From contig JBOZIK010000001.1 in the NCBI GenBank assembly GCA_051453625.1, forward strand, positions 43,012,354 to 43,067,349: a DNA stretch of 54,996 nucleotides, written 5' to 3'. This DNA comes from Welwitschia mirabilis. Taxonomy: Eukaryota. Shown piece after piece: positions 25,499 through 39,614 of this stretch (its first letter is position 1; every line of letters starts with the position of its first letter). The position numbers and the translations under genes were made by a program. Below the pieces are notes generated by a model. It did no database searches and was not told where the DNA came from. It was given only the letters and a program-made list of their open reading frames with translations.

Positions 25499-26733
25499 GA
25501 CTTCCCCCCTTAGGATGTATGTTTATCCTCGAATTGTTGTTCTTTTAGAGAATCTTCTAGGATATTTGCTTGTCCTTCTTCATATTCTTCATCCTCATCT
25601 TGTTCTACTACAATATTAAATTAAGATTCATCTTCATTAGTAAACAAAATAAGATAAGTTTGATGTATGAATTCTTCATTTTCCAAACTATATTGGTTGC
25701 AATGGTATCATTCAATTAATTCTTCTGTATTAATTTTTCCTCTTAATTTCTTTTCTTTTTTGTCTTTAACCTTAACTTATTCAATTGTAAATATGAGAAT
25801 TGATGTTACCTAAATATCATTCCAATCAATTATAAAATTATCAAATTTTCCCAAATAAAAATGGTTTAAGTGAACTAATATGGGATACTAGATGTACTTG
25901 AGATCATCGGGTTGAGAGGTTCAGCTTGCACACTAACTCACTAATTCTTTGGACAATGGAAAAGTGTTCGTAATATCAAGGATCCAATTTGCCATACTTT
26001 CTCAATTTCAAGTATGTCCTCTTTGGCTTAACTCTTAAAAGAACTTGGTCATGAACTTGAAAAATTCAATGGGAGTGCTTATGATTAAAATATATCTTGT
26101 ATATGTCTTGGACATCTTGTAGTTCTTTTTGAACTTTTCTAATAAATTTTTTCCATTCTCTGAATATCTTCTTGTTATCCTTTTCTATCTGAATGGGATT
26201 GTTTCAAGTAATTGGAGTTGCACAGTTTCTATTATATATAGCTTCAAAGGATGTGCATTTGATAAAGGATTAATATCCTTGATTGTAAGTAAATTCGGCC
26301 AAATGAAGATACTCTTCCCATCTTGTGGATTTGCTGATGACATAATTTCTTAATATATCTTCAAATATATGGTTTACTTATTCTATTTGTTCATCATTTT
26401 CAAGGTGAAATGTAGTGCTAAAGAACACTTATGTCCCTAATTGTTTAAAGAATTCCTGTCAAAGTTTGACATAAACTTTAGGTCATGATCAGATATAGTA
26501 ATTCTTGGAGTAATGTGTAGTTTGAAAATCTCTCTTATGAATTGGCTTGCAATTTCTTTCGCCATTGTTGTTGTCTTAGTTAAGTTAAAATGAACCATCT
26601 TCATTAACCTGTTAACACATATAAAAATTTTGTCATGTTGCTTAACTTTCCTAAGAAATGCTATAATGAAATCCATGGTTATCTCCTCCTATTTCCATGA
26701 TGATATTTCTAAAGGTTTTGAAAAATTGGTGGG

Positions 26734-28224
26734 TGATCAGTGCTTATGCGGTAAAATAATTACAGAAAATATCACAAAATAATATAAAATAATGCTAGAA
26801 AAATGCAAAAACTATGTTACTGCTAACCTAAAATAAGCTCACACCATTAAATAAAAATAATTAAAGGCTTACTAAAGAACTAGTTGAGATTCAACCATTT
26901 AGTTTAAAATGCATCATCAAAATAGTCTTATGATGAAGTTACTTGAATGAGTCAGGTTGGTTTATTACTACTAAGTTACTATGTACATACGTTATAATAA
27001 GGGGAAATGAAAAAAGTAGTGAATCATGATAGAAATTAGATGAGATGTTAGATAATACTTATTTCAAAGTACTACTAATTATCCTGGTTTATTTTTAACT
27101 ATATAAAATAGGAGCAAGTAGAAATAATATTACTTTTTCAAGTAATAGAACATGCAAAACATGATACTCAAAATATGCCTTTTAGCTTGATATTAAAATA
27201 CCAACTGTTAAATAAAGATGCACTAAGGCTTGTGTTTTCCTTTGCAGGTAACACCTTAGAGTATGGGAAATGCTATTGTACCCTTTGCAGGATAGTTGAA
27301 GCTCCTTTTCTTAATCTTTTTGCTTAGTCTATTTCTAGAACCTTTTGCCAAAAGGATTTCTAGCTTTGGTGGTGATCCTTTTCTTATACCCTTGTTTATT
27401 TTTCTGTTTCCATTCTTTGCTCTTTAGGGATAGGTATATATGTGAGGTTGTTACTGCTTTTCCACCACTTATCCTTCTTTCTCATCTTCATGCCAAATGG
27501 CATTCTGTATCTAAAATGCAATATACATATGAACCTACTAACATACTAACTAACTAACCTATTGATTAGTAAGTATATTGATAAAGAAAAACATCTATTG
27601 TTATTTAANNNNNNNNNNNNNNNNNNNNNNNNNNNNNNNNNNNNNNNNNNNNNNNNNNNNNNNNNNNNNNNNNNNNNNNNNNNNNNNNNNNNNNNNNNNN
27701 NNNNNNNNNNNNNNNNNNNNNNNNNNNNNNNNNNNNNNNNNNNNNNNNNNNNNNNNNNNNNNNNNNNNNNNNNNNNNNNNNNNNNNNNNNNNNNNNNNNN
27801 NNNNNNNNNNNNNNNNNNNNNNNNNNNNNNNNNNNNNNNNNNNNNNNNNNNNNNNNNNNNNNNNNNNNNNNNNNNNNNNNNNNNNNNNNNNNNNNNNNNN
27901 NNNNNNNNNNNNNNNNNNNNNNNNNNNNNNNNNNNNNNNNNNNNNNNNNNNNNNNNNNNNNNNNNNNNNNNNNNNNNNNNNNNNNNNNNNNNNNNNNNNN
28001 NNNNNNNNNNNNNNNNNNNNNNNNNNNNNNNNNNNNNNNNNNNNNNNNNNNNNNNNNNNNNNNNNNNNNNNNNNNNNNNNNCTACTAACATACTAACTAA
28101 CTAACCTATTGATTAGTAAGTATATTGATAAAGAAAAACATCTATTGTTATTTAAAATGCATAATTAAAATAATGAAAACATATCATTAACAAGGAAAAT
28201 TTTCATTAAAGTTTATAATCATCA
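26734..28224 (-). repeat. 3' LTR of element B (true length ~0.95 kb; inflated by an N gap)
   Basis: Colinear with 52592-53545. Confidence 0.9.
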
Positions 28225-29319
28225 GTTCCCCCAAGCTTAAGGTTTTATTATTCCCTTAACAAACAAGTACATACAAAAGAGAGAAAGAGAGAAACTCAGC
28301 TTTTTTCTTTCCTCCTTTTAAAAACAAAAGAATGCTCCTCACTGGATTTTGATACCTCCATTTTCCTAGCCTATTATACAAACTGTCTTTCCTGTTCTAA
28401 GGTAGTTAAACTTTTTTTTTTTATTTCTCCTGAAGAATAGGATCATTTAAATCTATAGTATTTATCTTTGTTTACCCTAAAGTAGCTACCTTTCTACCCT
28501 TACCTCTACCTCATGGAGGAGTGTTTTACTGCTTTGACTCTCCTCTCTTTCTTTTGGGAGCTAGAGGGATTTTTGCTCTAGGACTTTGAGGCACACATAA
28601 TAGCTTTGGATTTGCTCTAACTTGCAGTCCTATTCTTAAAGTTTGTCTAAGGGGAACTATATAGATTTTGGAAGAATATTTATTATCTAGTTTCCAAAAA
28701 ATATTTACAAAAGTACCTCTCAACACAGTCATGTTCTGTACATTTTGATCTTTTAAATTTTGTCAAGCAAGGGTCCAAATGATCTTGTACAAAATTCAAT
28801 GAATTCTATCAAATTTTTGCTAATGTTGGAGTTAGGTATGAAAACTATGCTTAGAAGAGGAATCTTTGTAACAAATAACCTTGGAAAAACAACTTACTAA
28901 GTAAAAATTTTCTTTGTAAAAATATAAAACATCATTTTCATAAATTTAAAAGTGTTACATTTATTGAATTCATTTAACTCTTTCCCCATGTAAAATTCGG
29001 CATTTCTCCTAAATGCTTAAATTAAAGTATTGATAATACCTAAGATTTTTGCTAAAATATGTTTCATCATTGTTCAAGAGCTTGAATATAAGAAAAAACT
29101 TAAGCATGATAAGGTAAAATGTAGGGATGAAAGTAAAATTAACTAACTTATTTCCTACTTAAATAGGTAAAAACTTGTACTTACTATTGTATTAAATTCA
29201 CACATATGAGGAGTAAATAAGAAATTTTACTAGAAATAAAATAGATGGAACTAGAATTATTTTGCACTCTGTTGATGCTAAAAAATAGAATGACACATTG
29301 ATAAGGTAAAAAGCAAAAA

Positions 29320-31300
29320 AACTACTTAGTTAGAACTAATGTTGTAGATGTTAACATGGTTGAGATGATGTTGAACTGACATTACAATCAGGGTCACCAA
29401 GAATGAGGAGAAGTAAGTTTGAATGAGTTTAAGTAAAATGCTAAAGGAATAGAAAGTCATATTTAAGTGGTAACCACTCTTTGCAATACTAGATTGACAA
29501 GGATCATCGAAAACTCTCAAGTCCTTAATGAGGGCTGTAGAATTCTTTGTGAAGCCAATTGAAAGAGTTTGAAGGTGGTCATCAAGAACTCTTAAGTTCT
29601 CAATGGAGTCCTTTGAATTCTAACCACTATCATTATGAAAGTAATTTATAATGAAAAAGTGAAGTCATGTGATAAAGTTATAGTGGAAAGTTGAAGGGGA
29701 TCATCAAGTAGAAGACCCTTCTTGTTAGAAGCACTTTTAAGAAGTTAAAGTTGACTTGAAATTTGGTCTAAAGCTTTGGCTTTAAACTAGTGTCAATTAA
29801 CTTCTTGAACTTGCATGTCAATGGCTGAGCTTCAAATTTGACTCAAAGTTGTAACTTTGGGTTGGTATTAGTAAACCAGGTAATCTTTCTTTTTGCTTAT
29901 AGGATGAAGAAGTAATCGAGTTAGCTTAAAATCCAACTTGAAGTTTCGAATTTAAATTGATATTAGCCAAAGCATTTTCAGATTCTCATCACAGTAGTTT
30001 GAACTAAAATCTAACTCAACGTTTTGTCTTTGGATTAGTGTTGGTCAACGAGATGAACTTGATTTTAAGGCCTATTTTATAAGAGGGAAAGCATCAGTAA
30101 CTTCTAGTTCTTGTTCTTCCTTGAAATCAAATAAATAAAAAGAAAATTCTTTTTAATGTTATTAGACATAGTCTAAAAAGTCTTCTTTTGACCAAAAGTG
30201 TTTGCAGGGTTTGTGGTAATTACTAGGTAATGCAGTTTATGATGATAAAGTTTGGTAAGTTCCTGTAATGGCATGTATCTCGAAGAAAACTAAACTGGTC
30301 ATAAATAAATTTAAAGTTCCAACTTCAAATTAAACCTTGGTTAGTTTAAAATTCTTTGATTCCTGTCTTGCTTTAAGATTGTTGCTAGTACTTATCACAC
30401 TTTAGCTATTGGTAGAATAGATATGTAGTTTCTACATAATCCTTTAATGTAATATCGAACACGTGTACATTAGGTAACTTAATATGAATGACAATTGTCA
30501 AACATGATAGTAAGACTTATCTTATAAATCTTCTTTCTTTATGCTAATCATCCATCATTCTCCACTTGAGCTTTAAAATTCCTTCACTTAATTATCTTCT
30601 AATCCTTCTCATCTTTTCTTAGTTAATACTTATGGCTTGTACTCCCCTTCATTCTTTCATTACTACCTCTAGTGTTAAGAAGGTAAAATGTTACTTGTTC
30701 AATTTGGATTTCACACAGATAGACATATGCATTAGTAGTGTGGACCTCCCAGTCACCTTAAATCTCTGTAAGATCAGAAAACAAGGTATAGTAGTTCTTA
30801 TATAGTGACTACAAATTGACTACTGAGGTCTTAAATACCTTAGGTTTCTTCATCACTAAGCTAGAAAAGATCATTTGAGAAATGGTGTCATTACCTCAAG
30901 TTTTAGTCCAATGATCCATCACTTGGTGGGCAAGTGTCTGAGGATGAGAACTAAAGAACTTCATTCATAACTAAATTATAAGAATTTGACTTACAATGTT
31001 TCTTTGGGCTAGTTAGTTGAGCAGATGCAAGTGCTATAGAAAATGATTGATCAGCTTCAAGGCACAAATGTATCCTTAGTCTTACTAACATTGAGTTTTA
31101 ATAAGGAGAATATAGAGAAGAAAATATGGGATACTAAGGCTTATCAAAACTTTTTGTGAGCTCATCCAGAAGAGATTAATATGCTATTTAAATCTCTAAG
31201 TAAGAGGCATCTACTACCCTCAAGTGAGAATATTATGGGATTGTCTTCTAAGACTAGGCATTCTTACAAGAAGAACAAGTTTTTTGGTTGCTTCAAGAAT
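29320..31300 (-). pseudogene. Decayed extra ORF downstream of pol in element B (env-like position)
   Basis: Long protein-like minus-strand frame whose stops are consistent with CGA/CAA/CAG deamination; lies between pol and the PPT; boundaries approximate. Confidence 0.5.
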
Positions 31301-31969
31301 TGAGTTGATTTAGTTGGCTGATTTATTTGCTTAGTAACCTGAGAAATATTTTTGTTGTTATTTCTACAACTAGATGTAATAATTATTTGGCTTAATAAAG
31401 TTTTGGTTTTTATTTCAAATAAAGTTGTATTATACTATTTTATTTTTATTATGGACATATTAGTTCCATTAAAAGGAATTTAAATTAAATAATTTATTAA
31501 ATTTTTAAGAGAATGCAAAATGATTTTAAAACTTTCAAGCTTTCCCTTAGGTCAAATAGGTTTTAATGACTGTGCATGCTATTAAATTGAAATTAATTGA
31601 ATACACATTCCATCACAGATCAAAATATTTTGTTCTGGCTTTTTTTTTTAAATCTATCTCTTTCCTCCACTTTTGTAACCTATGATAGAATTGTAAATTT
31701 AGCAACTAGCTGTATCTCAGATGACTCTTGGGATATAATTATTCCTCAACATTTTATTTTTTTAACAACTTAATTTAACCTCTATGAGGAGAGTGAAACC
31801 CCTATCAAAGGAGTAAGAATCCACATGATTTAAATTTTATTGGTTTTTTTAACATCAAGATCATGGCCAACTGACCCCTCAATGGAGTTCTCATAGCTAT
31901 CATATTACATTACCAAAGGCCTCTCAGAAATATTTGCCCTAGTGCACTTGCAGTAAAACATTATGGTGT

Positions 31970-31975
31970 TCTCTC

Positions 31976-32018
<43 letters not shown>
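31970..32018. repeat. (CT)n microsatellite inside element B
   Basis: Seen directly in sequence. Confidence 0.9.
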
Positions 32019-32024
<6 letters not shown>

Positions 32025-32269
32025 TTGTCTTATGATGAAACATGTCTTCTTAGTCTTATTAATAAAGATAATACAGAATCCCCTATTAAAGACTTATCAA
32101 GTCAGCTTCTTATTTTATAATCATTACATTTATCTTGAACAATCTAGTGAATTGGTAGTCTAAATAAGCTTTAAAGAAATGATGCATCCTTTATTATCTA
32201 ATCTTGGAATTTATTTCATAGGTAGAGTAGAAGTATTTTTTTTCCATCCTATCAAGATTTCCTAAATAG

Positions 32270-35200
32270 TTTATCACTAATTTATGATCATAGTACATTC
32301 TTATTCTTTGCCGTTAACTTGATAAGTTATTTTTTCATCAAGGTCATATATTTTTATGGCTCCATTTCCTATAATTTTTATTATGGTATAGGGTTCTAGT
32401 CAATTTTGTTTACATTTCTATTTTAAATGTATTTTCTTAGGGTCATAGATTAATACAAAATCTTCTACATTAAAACTTATTTTTTTAATTTTATTGTCAT
32501 GATATATTTTAGTTTTCTATTGTATAAGTTACTTACATACAAGAAATTTTTTTCCTATTGACATTTAAAATATTTACATTTTTTATCCATTCTTTTTGAG
32601 CTATATCTAAATCACATTTTTATTATTTAGCCAATTTAAANNNNNNNNNNNNNNNNNNNNNNNNNNNNNNNNNNNNNNNNNNNNNNNNNNNNNNNNNNNN
32701 NNNNNNNNNNNNNNNNNNNNNNNNNNNNNNNNNNNNNNNNTTTAAAATATTTACATTTTTTATCCATTCTTTTTGAGCTATATCTATATCACATTTTTAT
32801 TATTTAGCCAATTTAAATATTTTTATCCTACATTTAATTGGCAAAATAGCCCTTTTCTCATAAACTAATTCATATGGAGTAAATCCTGTGGTATGTGTTT
32901 AAGTTATTTTATAAGCCCATTGAGCTTCATTTAATTTATTAGACTAATATATTTTCTTATTATTTATGACTTTAGTTAATATTTTATTTAATTTTATATT
33001 AGTTACTTTAGCTTGACTGTTATTTTAAGGATGATAGGCAGTAGAGAGTTTATGATGAATTCCAAATTTGGTTAAAAGTTTCTTAAAGACTTCACTAGTG
33101 AAATGAGTTTTTCTATTAGATACGAGACTTTAGGGAGCTCCAAACTGATAGATAATATTTCTAAGAAAAACATTAACTATGATTTAAGAATAGTAATGAG
33201 TCATAAGCTCAGCATTAACCCATTTAGTGAAGTAATCAATGTAGATCAAAATATACCTTTTTTCAAAGAATGGGGAATTGATAGGTCTAATAAAGTATAT
33301 TCCCTAAACATCAAAACATTTGTTTGTCTGAATCCATTATTATGGCATTTCTAACCTTTGACTAACAACCTTGGATATAAGTATTTAAATCTTTGAATAT
33401 GGTGGGCCAGTGATATCCCATACAGAGAATTTTCATTCTTGTTCTTCTTATACCATAATGTCCTCCTCCTTCTCCTTCGTAAGCTTTTTTCAAGACCTTA
33501 TCTTGTAGTCTTTCCTCTATACATCTTGTAATAAAATGATCTTTGAAATTTTTAAATAACATCTTATCATGCCAAATATAATTTCTATATTCCCTTAATA
33601 ATCTTTTTTTTCTTTTTTTAGAGTAATTCATAAAAGATAGTAATATTTTACTCATAATAAAGTTGGCTATATTAACATACCATGGGTTTGTTGTTATCTG
33701 AAAAAGATATTCATTTGAAAACTCATTCCTTGTATTTATTTATTCTTCATCTAAAAATGCTAATCTTAAGAGGTTATTTGCTACCACATTCTCTATCCCT
33801 TTCCTATCAATAATTTTTAAGTTAAACTTTTGCATTAATAGCATCTATCTCATAATTCTCGAGATTGCTTCTTTCTTGTTCATCAAAAAACTAAGAGTAC
33901 TATAGTCAATATGAACTTTAATTCATATACTAAAATATAAAGCTTAAATGTTTTTAATACAATCACCACCACTAACAACTCTTTCTCTATTACTATGTTT
34001 ATTAAGATAGTTTAAAGTTATTACTAGTATAGGAAATGGTATAAGATTTATTGTCTTCATATTTTTATCCTAAAACTACTTCCATAACATGACTAGATGC
34101 GTCAGTCATAACATGGAATGGTCTTGCTCAATTTGGTTCTTGTAAAATAAGTGCTAATAAAATTCTATCCTTTAAGGTTTGATAAGCATTTGACATTCAT
34201 TAGTCTAGTCGTATTCCACATCCTTTTATAAAAGGTTACTCAAAGGTTTAGCACTTTTACTGAAGTTGGATATGAATCTCCTATAACATTAAATATGTCC
34301 AAAGAAAGATCTTAACTCTTTTAGTTTGGTTGGATGTGGGATATATTTTATAGCTTTAAGTTTTTGTTTGTTAGTTTCAATCCCTTTTTGAGAGATCTTG
34401 TGTCCTAGCACTATGTCCTTTATAATCATAAGATGAATTTTTGACCAACTAAGTCTAAGTAAATTTTCTTTACATCTCTTTAAAAATTTTTATAGTCTNN
34501 NNNNNNNNNNNNNNNNNNNNNNNNNNNNNNNNNNNNNNNNNNNNNNNNNNNNNNNNNNNNNNNNNNNNNNNNNNNNNNNNNNNNNNNNNNNNNNNNNNCT
34601 CTTTGTAGGTCTTCCTCTATACATCTTCTAATAATATGATCTTTACATTCTCTAAATAACATCTTATCATGCCAAATATAATCTCTAGATTCCTTTAGCA
34701 ATATTTTTATTTTATAATAAGTCATAAAAGATGGTAATATTTTACTCACAAAAAAGTTGGCTATGTCAACATACCATGGATTTGTTATTACCTAAAAAAG
34801 ATATTCATCTAGAAACTCATCTCTTATGTTGATCTATTTTTCATTCAAAAATTCTAACCTCAAGAGTTAATTTTCTAGCATATTTTTGGTCCCTTTTCTA
34901 CCAATAATTTTTAAATCAAAATCTTGTATTAATAGTATCCATCTCATAATTCTTGAATTTACTTCTTTCTTGTTCATCAGAAATCTAATGAAACTATGAT
35001 TAGTATGAACCCTCACTTTGTAATCTAAAATATAGTGTTTGAATTTTTCTAATTTCATTACCACTATCAACAACTTTTTCTATATTACTACATAATTTTA
35101 TTAAGCTTGTTTGAAGTTCTTGCTAATATAAGCAATGGCATAATGTCTATTACCTTCAACTTTCTATTTTAAAATTTCTCCTATAGCATGATTATGTGCA

Positions 35201-37100
35201 TCAGTCATAATGTGAAATGGTTTTGTCCATTTTGGCCCTTGAAAAATAGGTGCTGATAAAAGTTTATCCTTTAAGGTTTAATAAGCATTTTGACATTCTT
35301 TAGTTCAGCCATATTTCACATCCATTTGTAAAAGGTTACTCAAAGTATAGCAATTTTTATAAAGTTGAATATCAATCTTCTTTAATATCCAACATGTCCG
35401 AGGAAAGGTCTTAATTCTTTTAATTTGGTTAGGAATGAAATATATTTTATTTGATTTTCTATTAATTAATTTCAATCCATTTTTAAGATATCTTATATCC
35501 TAGCACTATGCCTTTGAATAGATCAGTCTCGAGTGTTTTTCTTCACATCTTTCTAAAATTGTTTTCTAATCTATTAAGTAACTCGTTAAAATCTTTTTCA
35601 AAAGTTGAGAAATAATCCATAAATACTGTGACTAATCTTCCTATTACATCTTGAAAAATGCTATTTACTAACCTTTAAAAAGTAGCAGAAGCATTACATA
35701 GTTCAAATGGTAGTATCTTATAGGTATAAGTACCCTAATGACAAGTGAAATTTGTTTTGGATTGGTCCTCTAAAGCTATAGAGATCTAATTATAGTCACT
35801 ATATCCATCCAGAAAGCTATAGTATTGATGTCTATATACTATTTCTAAAACTTTATTTATAAAGGAAAGGTAAAAATGATCCTTATAAGTTATAGTATTT
35901 AACATTTAAAATTTTATACATATTCTTTATTTATTTTATTTCTTTGACACAAGTGTAATAGAACTAACTCATTCTGAATCAAATATAGGATAAATGAATC
36001 CCACATCCAAGAGTTTTAAAAATTCTTGTTTAATTATTTCCTATATGTATGGGTTACATCTTCTTTATGATTACCTACTTGGTTTGATAGAGGTATCTAA
36101 ATAAATTCTATGTTAAAATATTTTTGGATCTATTCCCTTAATATCTGTATGATTTCAAGCAAAGGCTCCCTTCCTTTTAATCAACATTCTTTTAAGTTTT
36201 ATTTTTTGAGAATGAGTTAAATAACCTTTTATGTTAGAGGTCTATTTGGACCTACTTTAATATACTCTAGCCCTTTCTTAAGTGGAGGCTTTTCTATCTT
36301 TTGTGTTATTAAATCTTTATCCTTATATTTTTCATCATTTTATTTATTTAACATTAGACTAACTTCCTGTGTTATAATTGCATTAGTTCTAGCTTCTGTG
36401 TTTTGTACCATTTCTTTAACAACCACTGCATTAGAAAGTTTGATCTCTTTTTTAATATCTCCTAGACAGATTTTCATCACTCCTCTTCTAGAATAAATAG
36501 CATTATCTATAGTAGCCATTTAAGCTCTTTCTAAAATTATTATATGGATATCTCTTTAAGTCCAAATCACCAAAGAATCTATCAAGTAGAGAAAACCTTG
36601 GAGTTTAATGGGTATATCTTTATAACTCCTTCTGGTATTACTGTTGAGACATCTATTAAGTATACTTTTTCTTGGTAAAGTTTTAGTTATAGTTTTTTCA
36701 ATTCTTCACAAGTTTCATAGGCCATAAATTTTATGCTTACTCTTAGATTCACAAGTGCTTCTATTTTGAGTTTTCCATCAATTTTTGCACCTATGATAGG
36801 TATTCCAATGTTACTATACTTTTCATGTTGTTTATTTTGAAGAACTTGCGTGGAAGCCCATGAAACTTGATCTTTAGTTATCATTTTAATTTGTTTTTCT
36901 TTCTTGGTTTTCTTTTTACTCTTTTGGTTTGAACACATGCTTTTCATTTGTTTCTAGTATATAGATAGATCTTTTAGTAAATTTAAAAGAGGTAATGATA
37001 TTTTCATGTCTTTTAAAAGTTTCATTAAATATTCTATATCATTTTCAATTTTTGGATGTTATATTTGTTTACTTCTGATTGAAAAAGGTAAAGGATATGT
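32270..37100 (-). pseudogene. Decayed pol of element B (PR-RT-RNaseH-IN), with a duplicated RT-end/RH/IN-start segment
   Basis: IEALVNLRVSIKFM (protease); VFMDYF (RT); VHTNHS and RWILLIQDFDLKI (RNaseH); GGGHYG and MGYHWPTIFKD (integrase zinc finger); many stops and frameshifts. Confidence 0.88.
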
Positions 37101-37108
37101 TGAGGCAT

Positions 37109-37680
37109 TATTGCGACACTAATTTCTTATATTTTAATAGTGTAATTGGAAATGTTTTATAGGGAACAAGAACTCAATTTAGTCATTTTTAGGAATTTTA
37201 TCATAAAGCAATTAATAACTCAATTATGANNNNNNNNNNNNNNNNTTCATTCATAAGAGTAGGAATTCAACCAAGGAAAAATTGAAGCAAATATTAGAAT
37301 AAAGAGTCAAAGAATTTTCTATCATCCCTCCTATCATTCCTTACAATAAAGGCCAAAATGACAATGCAAAAATGTCATGGAACTACTGACTATGCAATGT
37401 TGAGGTAATGCTGACTTAGCAATTTGATGTGGATATCATGCCCCATGTCATCCACATAACAGAGGGGACAACATATCTATTAAGTTCTAATTCAAATGCA
37501 TGCCAAGAATCTCCTGACATGATGACTTGTACTTGGATGATGAAGGGGAGTCATGTCATATGTTGTCCTAATGATAACAGTAACATGACAGTATCATAAA
37601 TTCTTCTTCAGTAAGTTAATTAAGGTCTAGTTTATACTTAATGACGTCTCTTCACTTGTACCAATCTTCTAGACTCGTAA
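37109..37680 (+). repeat. LTR1 of element C (5' half, truncated by an N gap)
   Basis: Colinear with 38419-38985 and 49783-50352. Confidence 0.85.
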
Positions 37681-38418
37681 NNNNNNNNNNNNNNNNNNNN
37701 NNNNNNNNNNNNNNNNNNNNNNNNNNNNNNNNNNNNNNNNNNNNNNNNNNNNNNNNNNNNNNNNNNNNNNNNNNNNNNNNAGAAGGTTATGGAGCAAAGA
37801 TTATCTTCGCAGATGGAGGATTTCTATGTAGGTTATCTTCTCAGGTGGAGGATTTTCGTGTCCACACTACCACACGACTTGATTATTTGGAGGCACGTGT
37901 TTGCACTATAAAGGAGCAGGGTAGAGCTACCTTAGAGAGGGTGATAGATGTTCAATAGAATACTTTAGTGGACATCCCTAAGGTGATTCATGTACATCAT
38001 GATACAACTGTCTCCAGCTTATGAGAGCACATCTCACTACTTTTCAAACGTCGAGAAGCCTATCATTGAGCCATCTATGGAGATAAGTGGCAAGAGAGAT
38101 ACTGATATGAAGGTTGAGTTCCAGTCCTCTCCACACAGGGACCCATGATTGTTGATGTAGTCCTTTCATATGAGTTATATGAAAACTATGCCTCTTTCAT
38201 ACTATTATACTCATGCACATTATTCTTAAACTGGTATTTGATATTTATGTAATGCTTATTTTTATGATGACTTCTTTATCTTCATTGCCAGTTTGTCTAG
38301 ACATGACAAATGATTTTTGATTATATTTTGAGGCCTTCTTTCCCTATTAAGTTGGCATCGCAAAGTCCTCTTTCACTTTGTTTGTCAAGGGACTGATAAA
38401 ATGCTGAGTGGAGGGCAC

Positions 38419-39611
38419 TGTTGAGATACAATTTATCATATTTTAATAATGCAATTGGCAATGTTTTGTAGGGAACATGAACTCAATTTAGTCATTTTCA
38501 GGGATTTTGTTGCGAAGCAATACAATAACTCAATTTTGATCTTAATTACTATATTCTTATTCATAAGAACAGTAATTCAATCAAGAAAAACATAGAGTGA
38601 AGATTAGAAGAAAAAGTTAAAGAATTGACTGTCGTCCCTCTTTTCATACCCACGACAAAGGCCACACTGACAATGCGAAAATGCTATGGAGCTGTTAAAC
38701 TAGGCCATGCTAAGGTAATGCTGACTTGACGATCTAACATGGCTATTGTGTCCTATGTCATCCACATAATAGAGGGGACGACATATCCATTATAGTTCAA
38801 ATTCAAATGCCAACGATCTCCTGGCATGGCAGTCTGTGATTGGATGGTGAAGGGGTGTCATGCTATATGTCGTCCCAATGATAACAGTAACATGACAATA
38901 TATAACTTCTTCCTAACTGAGTCAATTAAGCTTTAGTTTACACCTAATGATGCCTCTTCACTTGTACTAACCTTTTACACTTGTAACCACCTTAGGAAAA
39001 CTATATAAACCCCCATTTGGCCTCATTTAGGCATCTTTTAGCATTTGAGAATTAGTGATAAAGGAATCCAAGCCATTAAAGATCCATTTTAGCATAAGAG
39101 ATGTCATCCTTAATAATTAGGCTATGTTTCTGTTATTGAGGAATCACTGCCCTGGTGAGGTGTTTGTAAGAAATTGAATTTATTAAATAAAATGTCTTTA
39201 TTTTCTCTAATTCATCTTATTTCTCTTATGGCTTGTATTATGTTTGATTAATGTTATTATTTAGATTAATTCTAGTTTAAATACATGTCATAAGGGCTAA
39301 TTTTGGGTGACAACAACTCAGAAATTGGTTATCATAGGCTTGCATTCTCCATTTATCATTCATTTTGCATTTCATCATTAGAATACTTGCATTGTTCTTT
39401 TTCCTTTTTACATAAAAAAATACAAAATTCCTTAAAGATATTGAATTGAAATTTAAATGTTATTCTTTTCTATTTATATGCTTGATTAGTATTTTTTTAA
39501 TGCTCTTCAGGTCACAATGTTTGTTGATTGAATCATTCTATGCTAAGCCTAATTTTAATTACATTATTTCTAAAATTAATTACTTTTGAAGTGAAATTTA
39601 GGCAACCAACA
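38419..39611 (+). repeat. LTR2 (shared middle LTR) of element C
   Basis: TGTTG...CAACA; preceded by the PPT-like GAGTGGAGGG and followed by a PBS; TATA CTATATAAAC at 39001. Confidence 0.92.
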
Positions 39612-39614
39612 TCT

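Noticed and set aside
27536-28154. ~70-bp direct repeat flanking the large N gap, and ORFs spanning the Ns
   Set aside because: Identical overlap of contig ends; comparison with the partner LTR shows a single copy, so this is an assembly artefact.
32564-32818. Direct repeat either side of a 100-N gap
   Set aside because: Near-identical contig overlap, probably allelic or an assembly artefact.
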